DNA of 39,452 nt from the NCBI GenBank assembly GCA_036170335.1, contig JAVHOZ010000058.1:1-39452 (forward strand), written 5' to 3'. Below are positions 34,247 to 39,452 of the stretch, piece after piece. The notes under the pieces are model-generated. The model was not told the DNA's origin. It saw only the letters and a program-made list of their open reading frames with translations, and did no database searches. How positions within the stretch are numbered: position 1 is the first letter of the stretch; every line of letters begins with the position of its first letter. The translations under genes and the position numbers were made by a program. The DNA is from Candidatus Magasanikiibacteriota bacterium (GTDB lineage: Bacteria > Patescibacteriota > Patescibacteriia > Magasanikbacterales > GWA2-37-8).

Positions 34247-34271
34247 TGTCATTCCCGCGAAAGTGGGAATC
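34247..34271. repeat. single unit of the GTCATTCCCGCGAAAGCGGGAATC repeat family in the rplJ 5' leader
   Basis: TGTCATTCCCGCGAAAGTGGGAATCT. The stem ATTCCCGC/GTGGGAAT closes a GAAA loop. Confidence 0.7.
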
Positions 34272-34333
34272 TAAGCATTTTGTACCTCGGCAGGTAATTA
34301 AGGCTTGCGCCTCCTGCTATCTATGGTGCGGAT

Positions 34334-34362
34334 ATGATAATGGATTAGGAAAGTTTTGTCAA
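34334..34362 (-). promoter_or_regulatory. sigma70-like promoter of the rplJ-rplL operon (TTGACA-17-TATCAT), followed by a leader of about 150 nt
   Basis: Minus-strand TTGACA at 34362-57 and TATCAT at 34339-34, with a 17-nt spacer. The leader (34182-34330) is structured and could be an L10-leader autoregulatory element, but I did not verify this. Confidence 0.5.
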
Positions 34363-34430
34363 TAGCGACAAATATATGAACTTTAAAATAAATTATTTAT
34401 CTAATTTTAGCCAAAATAACATCAGTACCA

Positions 34431-34460
34431 TTGACAATTTTGAGGTTTATATGATAAATT
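34431..34460 (+). promoter_or_regulatory. sigma70-like promoter for the ORF of GC-rich island 2 (TTGACA, then TGaTAAATT)
   Basis: TTGACA at 34431-36, with an extended -10-like TGATAAAT at 34452-59. Confidence 0.4.
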
Positions 34461-34554
34461 ATTTTGTTGCCCAGCAACATCGTTCGTTCTTTAACATGCT
34501 TTTGGTTTGCCATCGCCAAGACTCCTCATCGAGAGGGTTTGCACAGGTACTATT

Positions 34555-34824
34555 ATGCTCCCGTTTCTCGGAATTATCATGGCGGCTTCGGTGGTCTGGT
34601 TGGTGATTGGGGCAATCATCTCCGGCTACTACGAAAACAAAATCGGCTTCTTGGAAGCCAAGATCAAGGACATCACGATCACGCATGAAGAGCGCCTCAA
34701 ACAAGCGGAACGCATGCTGATCTACGCTCGCAGGGTCATCGACAACCGGTGGTTCTTCAACAACGGGCAGGCAACCCAATGGTTTGTCAACTACTGCGAT
34801 CGCTACGACCCTGCGCGAAAATAG
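34555..34824 (+). CDS. orphan 89-aa single-pass membrane protein on a GC-rich island (ends at TAG, with coding-like sequence continuing in frame)
   Basis: MLPFLGIIMAASVVWLVIGAIISGYY is a TM helix, followed by a soluble tail. Strong G/C third-position bias. I prefer the ATG at 34555 over the track's TTG at 34507. Confidence 0.5.
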   Translation: MLPFLGIIMAASVVWLVIGAIISGYYENKIGFLEAKIKDITITHEERLKQAERMLIYARRVIDNRWFFNNGQATQWFVNYCDRYDPARK

Positions 34825-35012
34825 AAGAACACCGCCGAGCTCCAGACCTACCTCGTGACCAAGCGGCCCGAGCTGCGCAAATACATGAAGAAGGAGTGAC
34901 GACATCAACTTCTACCCGCAAGGGATGGGTAGACGACTTTTGCAAGATCGTCCCTACTCGTTTTCATCATAATTTATTTGTGATAAAAACGAGGACGATC
35001 TTGTTTAAAATG

Positions 35013-35042
35013 AAAATACTCGATTGATTTCGAGTATTTTTT
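35013..35042. terminator. bidirectional rho-independent terminator between island 2 and the convergent coiled-coil gene
   Basis: ATACTCGA(35016-23)/TCGAGTAT(35030-37) stem, flanked by AAAA and TTTTTT. Confidence 0.6.
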
Positions 35043-35073
35043 GTTTGTTAATTATTATTTTATAACGCATTTC

Positions 35074-35493
35074 TTACACCGCCAACTGCGCAAACGGCTC
35101 CATACCCATCACTTTATTTTTATCCTCCGGTGTAAATACTTTTTTATCAGCTAATATTTCTACCACAGTTTTTACTTTCGTATCTTCTTTACGCAACAAA
35201 ATCATCATATCCCCGCGCTGTTCCGCCATTTTTCTATCCAAATAATCTTTGGTGACCATTTGAGACTTAATCGAACCAATTTCACCTTCAACTCCATCAA
35301 GACTGTCTTCAAGCTTATCAAACCTTTCTTCAGTTTTGGTAGCAAAAATATTTACCGCTTCAGCCAAATCATTTACTGTTTCTGATAAAGTATTTACCTT
35401 TTTTGATAAAGTATTTACCTTTTCTGATAAAGTATTTACCGATGACAGGACGTCATTTAAAGTTGTTTTCTTATTGTTATTTTGTTCCCCCAT
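35074..35493 (-). CDS. hypothetical coiled-coil protein with heptad tandem repeats
   Basis: 139-aa ORF. VNTLSEK/VNTLSKK/VNTLSET is encoded by three 21-bp tandem repeats at 35381-35443. Confidence 0.65.
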   Translation of the reverse strand: MGEQNNNKKTTLNDVLSSVNTLSEKVNTLSKKVNTLSETVNDLAEAVNIFATKTEERFDKLEDSLDGVEGEIGSIKSQMVTKDYLDRKMAEQRGDMMILLRKEDTKVKTVVEILADKKVFTPEDKNKVMGMEPFAQLAV

Positions 35494-35569
35494 ATATTTA
35501 TAAATTAAATACTAACTTAGTATAACAAAATAAAAAATACTTGGCAAATATAGTTAAAAAATGAAGATT

Positions 35570-36268
35570 TTAGCTAATTATTGTCCCAATAATTTTTTCC
35601 TCCCTTTTCAGTACCTTCGCCAAATCTTTTAAATTACTTCCGTTCATCACCACCACTTTTAAACCAAGCTTTTCTGCCTCTTTGCTGGCAATTGGATCAA
35701 ACGGGGCGTTAGCTCCTGGCACCCATTTATTACCAACAATTTTTCGAAATTCTTTCCAACTAATATTTTCTATTTTTTTGGCATCGGTAAATTTATTTGG
35801 ATCTTTATCATAAACATATTCAATATTGGACAAATTTATTACTGTCTTGGCACCATATCTTTTTGCAAGTAGAACGGCATCATAATCGGTAGAATGCCCA
35901 GGCTTCCAGCCACCAGAAAACAACAAAGCTTTTGTCCATTTTATTTTATCATTTTCTGTTTTTACAATTTCATTTTGCGCCAATTTTCCAAACAAAACTT
36001 TCATAAAATTGGCATTGAAATGGGTAGTATAAATGCCAATCCAATCCAAATCAGAAAATTTTTCTACTCCGACTGATCTGGCTGCTGCTTGATATTCACG
36101 ACACACTCGCCCGCCGCCACAAACTATCACAAAACGATAGCCGTTTTTTATATTTTTTATAACAAACGCTTTAAAATTTTTCAAAAACTCTAAGTCAAAA
36201 CCATTTGTTCCGTTAATCAGCGAACCTCCCAGTGACAACACTACTATTTGTTCTTTTTTCTTAGCCAT
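35570..36268 (-). CDS. pyrH: UMP kinase (archaeal-type, about 230 aa)
   Basis: Amino-acid-kinase fold: VLSLGGSLI, VIVCGGGRVCREYQAAAR and GWKPGHSTDYDAVLLA. Confidence 0.8.
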   Translation of the reverse strand: MAKKKEQIVVLSLGGSLINGTNGFDLEFLKNFKAFVIKNIKNGYRFVIVCGGGRVCREYQAAARSVGVEKFSDLDWIGIYTTHFNANFMKVLFGKLAQNEIVKTENDKIKWTKALLFSGGWKPGHSTDYDAVLLAKRYGAKTVINLSNIEYVYDKDPNKFTDAKKIENISWKEFRKIVGNKWVPGANAPFDPIASKEAEKLGLKVVVMNGSNLKDLAKVLKREEKIIGTIIS

Positions 36269-36270
36269 AA

Positions 36271-36609
36271 TTATTTGTTAAATATCCCATTTAAAACCCA
36301 GCTCACAATCGACATCGTCAACGCTCCCCAGAAAGCTGGCCAAAATCCATCGACCCCAAAACCTTTTACAATCGTAGCTGCCAACCAAAATAAAAATGCA
36401 TTAATAATCAGAGTAAATAAACCTAGAGTTAAAATATTTACCGGCAAAGTTAAAATAATTAAAACCGGCTTAATCAACGAATTAATAAGACCCAAAACCA
36501 AAGCGGCAATCAAAGCGGTATAAAAACTCTGCACTTTTATACCCGGCACAAAATAAGTAACCAACATCAATGAAACCGCACTTATTAACCAACGTAAAAG
36601 TATAGACAT
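36271..36609 (-). CDS. DUF360 / phage-holin-4_2 family small membrane protein
   Basis: 112 aa with four TM helices. Contains ALIAALVLGLINSLIKPVLIILTLPVNILTLGLFTLIINA. Confidence 0.7.
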   Translation of the reverse strand: MSILLRWLISAVSLMLVTYFVPGIKVQSFYTALIAALVLGLINSLIKPVLIILTLPVNILTLGLFTLIINAFLFWLAATIVKGFGVDGFWPAFWGALTMSIVSWVLNGIFNK

Positions 36610-36610
36610 A

Positions 36611-36802
36611 TCATCGTTTTAATTCTTTAATTTTATTTTCCATTTTATCTAAATAACCTTTTAGATCTTTGACAATTTCCGATCCCTCTTCAAATTTTTT
36701 TATTCCGTCTTCCAAATCTATTTCTTCCTTTTCAAACCATTTCACAATTTTTTGTAATTCCTGATAAGATTTGGCAAAATTAAATTTTTTATCAACAGCC
36801 AT
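36611..36802 (-). CDS. xseB: exodeoxyribonuclease VII small subunit
   Basis: 63-aa helical protein (FAKSYQELQKIVKWFEKEEIDLEDGIKKFEEG) directly after xseA. Start trimmed to ATG 36802. Confidence 0.8.
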   Translation of the reverse strand: MAVDKKFNFAKSYQELQKIVKWFEKEEIDLEDGIKKFEEGSEIVKDLKGYLDKMENKIKELKR

Positions 36803-36803
36803 A

Positions 36804-37994
36804 TTATAATAATTTAGTTTGTTTACTTTTAGATTTTGACACTTCAGCCACAATACTTCCTTGACCAAATTCTATCATGATTTCATCCCCCATGTCCACT
36901 TGTTTGGCACCGCGCACTATCGCTCCTTTTAGGTTACGAACGATACTGTACCCTCTTTGTAAAACTCTTTTTGGATCAATATTTTTAAACAACCTCTCCG
37001 CCGACAACACAAACTCTCGGCGTTTAGACAAAGCAGTCTGTAAAATCAGTTGTAAATGTTTAAAATTTTCCATCAAATTACGACACTTTTGTAAAGGCGT
37101 TTCTAATACTGAAGAAATAGTATAAAAATATTGTTCGACACTACGACGTTGTTTGGTGATTTTATGACTAAGTGTATTAAAAAGATGTTCAATCGAAAAA
37201 TCTAAACTTGAGACAAAATCATGTTTGTCCGGCACAACTATTTCCGCCGCATTGGATGGAGTTGACGCCCGCACATCCGCCGCAAAATCCGCTAATGATT
37301 CATCACGCTCGTGACCTACTCCACATACGACTGGAATTTTAGCCCCATATACTGAACGCACTACCGCTTCACTATTAAACGCCGCCAAATCTTCGAGCGA
37401 TCCACCACCACGAATTAAAACCAACACTTCACAGTCAGTTTCATGTGAATTAAAAAAATCAAACGCTTCTGTAATTTCGGTTATCGCCTGCTCACCTTGT
37501 ACCGCCACATTCAACAAGTTAATTTCCACTCCCGCCCAACGATTATTTAAAATCCTTACAAAATCTCCAAAGGCGGCGCTATCACGTGAAGCAATCACTC
37601 CAATTTTTGCTGGCAATTCTGGTAATTTTCTTTTTCGATCCAAAGAAAATAACCCTTCTTCTTCCAGTTTCTTTTTCAAAAGTAAATAGGCTTTTTTGAG
37701 ACTACCTTCACCTACCAATTCCACTTTTTGCACCGTCACACTAAACCGACCACTCTTGTCATGCACTTTGGGATAACCCAACACTCGTATTTTCATCCCA
37801 TCTTCGAGCGGTTGAGTTAAATTAAAAACAGTAGCAAAACAATTTACTACTGCCTTGTCGTCTTTGAGATCAAAAAATATCCATTTACCTTGAGATATTT
37901 TGTATTGTGACACTTCCCCTTCAATAATAAATTCTCCGGCAATAATTCCGTTTACCTGTTCGATAAATTCTGAAACGGACAATATTGGTAACAT
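36804..37994 (-). CDS. xseA: exodeoxyribonuclease VII large subunit
   Basis: N-terminal OB fold (GEVSQYKISQGKWIFFDLKD), then IGVIASRDSAAFGDF, LIRGGGSLEDLAAFN and GHERD. Confidence 0.9.
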   Translation of the reverse strand: MLPILSVSEFIEQVNGIIAGEFIIEGEVSQYKISQGKWIFFDLKDDKAVVNCFATVFNLTQPLEDGMKIRVLGYPKVHDKSGRFSVTVQKVELVGEGSLKKAYLLLKKKLEEEGLFSLDRKRKLPELPAKIGVIASRDSAAFGDFVRILNNRWAGVEINLLNVAVQGEQAITEITEAFDFFNSHETDCEVLVLIRGGGSLEDLAAFNSEAVVRSVYGAKIPVVCGVGHERDESLADFAADVRASTPSNAAEIVVPDKHDFVSSLDFSIEHLFNTLSHKITKQRRSVEQYFYTISSVLETPLQKCRNLMENFKHLQLILQTALSKRREFVLSAERLFKNIDPKRVLQRGYSIVRNLKGAIVRGAKQVDMGDEIMIEFGQGSIVAEVSKSKSKQTKLL

Positions 37995-37996
37995 AA

Positions 37997-38599
37997 TTAA
38001 CCAATCAATAACCTTACTAAAATATCAATAATCGGACGAATAAAATCAAACAAATAAAACATAAAAATCAACAAAATAATGAAACCATAACGATCCAAAA
38101 ATGCCCTTACCTGATAGGCTGAAGGTGGCAACACGGCATACAAAATCTTTGAACCATCCAGCGGTGGAATTGGCAATAAATTAAAAACCATCAAAGTAAT
38201 ATTGGCCATCACAATAATTGCAAAAAATGGCGCGAATAAACTAGTTGAAAACATTCTAACTAATAGACCAAAACAAGCAGCCAATAAAAAATTGGCCAAT
38301 GGCCCAGCTACACCCACCAATGCCGGACCCCATTTTTGATCTTTTAAATTATAGGGATTAAACGGTACAGGCTTGGCATAGGCAAACATAAAACGTCCAC
38401 CCGTAAGCAAAAACAAACCTATCGGCATAATGATAGTTCCCCATTTATCAATATGAGCACGCGGATCAATCGTGAGCCGACCAGCATATTTGGCGGTAGG
38501 ATCACCAAGTTGATAGGCCATCCAACCGTGTGCATATTCATGAATAATGGCCGAAGGTATGATAACAATAAAATAAAATAACAAAGATACAAAATCCAT
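37997..38599 (-). CDS. M50 site-2 protease family membrane metalloprotease
   Basis: IHEYAHG (HExxH) in TM1, a downstream NLLPIPPLDG motif, and multiple TM helices. Confidence 0.85.
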   Translation of the reverse strand: MDFVSLLFYFIVIIPSAIIHEYAHGWMAYQLGDPTAKYAGRLTIDPRAHIDKWGTIIMPIGLFLLTGGRFMFAYAKPVPFNPYNLKDQKWGPALVGVAGPLANFLLAACFGLLVRMFSTSLFAPFFAIIVMANITLMVFNLLPIPPLDGSKILYAVLPPSAYQVRAFLDRYGFIILLIFMFYLFDFIRPIIDILVRLLIG

Positions 38600-38622
38600 A
38601 CAGCTCTAAATTAGGCTTTCTA

Positions 38623-38651
38623 TTGACAAAAGGCTGATTATTTAATATAAT
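38623..38651 (+). promoter_or_regulatory. consensus sigma70 promoter (TTGACA-17-TATAAT) for rpmB
   Basis: TTGACA at 38623-28 and TATAAT at 38646-51, with exactly 17 nt between. It lies 44 nt upstream of the rpmB ATG. Confidence 0.65.
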
Positions 38652-38694
38652 TTCATCATCAATTATATCCTAATACCTTTAAATAATCAATCTT

Positions 38695-38868
38695 ATGAGT
38701 AAATCTTGTACAGTTTGTGGTAAAAAAAGTGTCCGTGCCAACCATGTCAGTCATAGTAAACGCCGTGTTCCACGTCGTCAACACCCAAATCTTCAACCTC
38801 TTTTGGTAGGAACTGAAAAAGTAAAGGCCTGTTCATCTTGCCGTCGCACCGCCTCTAAAAAATCCTAA
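38695..38868 (+). CDS. rpmB: 50S ribosomal protein L28 (57 aa; below the ORF-track length cutoff)
   Basis: Hand translation is MSKSCTVCGKKSVRANHVSHSKRRVPRRQHPNLQPLLVGTEKVKACSSCRRTASKKS. It matches the L28 pattern (C.V.GK....GN.VSHS..(K/R)..R...PNLQ). Confidence 0.8.
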   Translation: MSKSCTVCGKKSVRANHVSHSKRRVPRRQHPNLQPLLVGTEKVKACSSCRRTASKKS

Positions 38869-38877
38869 ACAACCACG

Positions 38878-39237
38878 ATGAAAAAAGTTTTCCCATTCAT
38901 TATCACTATTGTCATTGTTATTTTTGCTATTTGGTTAGTTTTTTTGCCAAGCAAAGTTTCTAGTATTCCAAAAGAGTCTATTTTATTTGTTGGTGAAGGT
39001 TGTCCACATTGCAAAATAGTTGAAGATTTTATCTCAGCCAATGGTGTAGATAAAAAAGTTCAATTCAGCACCAAAGAAGTTTGGCACGACCAAGACAACG
39101 CTTTATTAATGACCAAAATCTGGAATCAATGTGGTTTGAATACTCAGACAGGCATGGGAGTGCCGTTGTACTGGGATGGCATTAGTTGCTACAGTGGACA
39201 GGAAGAAATAATAAATTACTTCAAAACCAAAATATAA
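38878..39237 (+). CDS. membrane-anchored thioredoxin/glutaredoxin-fold protein (CPHC active site)
   Basis: N-terminal TM helix, then LFVGEGCPHCKIVEDF (CxxC), and a later VPLYWDG (cis-Pro-like). Confidence 0.7.
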   Translation: MKKVFPFIITIVIVIFAIWLVFLPSKVSSIPKESILFVGEGCPHCKIVEDFISANGVDKKVQFSTKEVWHDQDNALLMTKIWNQCGLNTQTGMGVPLYWDGISCYSGQEEIINYFKTKI

Positions 39238-39244
39238 TCTTCTC

Positions 39245-39306
39245 CTGTCATTCCCGCGAAAGCGGGAATCCAAAAAAATAGATTCCCGTTTGCACAGGAA
39301 TGACAG
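39245..39306. repeat. inverted pair of units of the GTCATTCCCGCGAAAGCGGGAATC repeat family
   Basis: CTGTCATTCCCGCGAAAGCGGGAATCC (39245-71) and the reverse complement of 39281-39306 (CTGTCATTCCTGTGCAAACGGGAATC) are separated by AAAAAAATA. Confidence 0.75.
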
Positions 39307-39308
39307 TT

Positions 39309-39338
39309 AAAAAACCCTCGAATCATCGAGGGTTTTAA
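39309..39338. terminator. bidirectional rho-independent terminator
   Basis: AAAACCCTCGA(39311-21)/TCGAGGGTTTT(39326-36) stem with a 4-nt loop. Confidence 0.65.
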
Positions 39339-39452
39339 GTTTCCGGTTAAGGGTTTAATGTCCCTAACTTGTAGGGTGGTTGACCGCACGTTTACCCCAC
39401 AGGATAAACAAATATTGGCCATCCAACATTAAAAAATTGTAGAACATTTTTT

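Noticed and set aside
34459-35027. 149-aa minus-strand ORF and the 74-aa and 92-aa plus-strand ORFs in GC-rich island 2
   Set aside because: They overlap the frame that shows a TM helix and consistent G/C third-position bias. These alternatives have Arg/Pro/Val-rich shadow-frame composition. The 92-aa ORF does partly cover the possible frameshifted remnant noted in the findings.
35381-35443. Tandem 21-bp repeats as a mini CRISPR array
   Set aside because: The repeats are contiguous with no spacers, in-frame, and encode heptads of a coiled-coil protein.
9078-36613. Possibility that the genome uses a UGA-sense code (code 4 or 25), prompted by the in-frame TGA in the endonuclease gene
   Set aside because: TGA cleanly terminates the 693-aa ORF (9078), the 768-aa ORF (21524) and xseB (36611) at natural protein ends, and all housekeeping genes have normal lengths under code 11. 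The TGA at 14207-14209 is therefore a local anomaly.
11486-36868. Longer N-terminal extensions offered by the track for hisS (to 13033), the TPR protein (to 15394), GT2 (to 29872) and xseB (to 36868)
   Set aside because: Each extension overlaps the 3' end of the upstream gene by 30-110 nt. An internal ATG lies immediately after that gene's stop, so I used the internal starts.
39216-39422. 68-aa minus-strand ORF (MANICLSCG...WIPAFAGMTGEDY)
   Set aside because: It reads straight through a strong terminator hairpin and both palindromic repeat units, and overlaps the 3' end of the thioredoxin-like gene. The WIPAFAGMT and HSCANGN peptides are translation artefacts of the repeat.
39337-39452. Partly self-complementary noncoding stretch at the window end (GTTAAGGG...CCCTAAC) as a possible end of a structured RNA (RNase P, tmRNA)
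   Set aside because: I found no conserved RNase P CR-V-like, tmRNA T-arm or other diagnostic motifs, and the window ends before anything could be confirmed.

Overview
AT-rich (roughly 35% GC by eye) bacterial fragment. It is tightly packed and almost entirely minus-strand coded, using the standard code: TGA clearly terminates three well-delimited genes. The gene content suggests a CPR/Patescibacteria-type genome (inference): archaeal-type pyrH, a half-size TsaB, DUF4012, and VirB2/TrbC-like pilin modules fused to big ectodomains. Housekeeping genes are rpsU, hisS, lepB, tpiA, an M16 peptidase, glyQS, frr, holB, mreB, rplL, rplJ, pyrH, xseAB, an M50 protease and rpmB. Five things stand out. 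(1) The first 9.08 kb is one uninterrupted minus-strand reading frame of at least 3027 codons that runs off the window edge and is absent from the ORF track. It encodes a giant surface protein: signal peptide, pilin-like membrane hairpin, Ig-like/IPT domains, Cys-rich CG[DN]G..GE.CD repeats and a LamG domain. It is ATGA-coupled to a 693-aa paralog with the same N-terminal module. (2) A tRNA-Thr/tRNA-Thr/tRNA-Tyr cluster carries a compact 184-nt group I intron in the tRNA-Tyr(GUA) anticodon loop. Five nt upstream of that tRNA sits a free-standing PD-(D/E)xK (I-Ssp6803I-like) homing-endonuclease gene interrupted by one in-frame TGA. (3) Two short plus-strand islands of about 50% GC each carry an orphan ORF with its own promoter and terminator. 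(4) A 26-nt self-complementary repeat family (GTCATTCCCGCGAAAGCGGGAATC) occurs in intergenic DNA, in the rplJ leader, and in-frame inside a GT4 glycosyltransferase gene. (5) A 134-nt element with 32-bp inverted arms lies between mreB and the GT4 gene. No CRISPR array, rRNA gene or transposase was seen.
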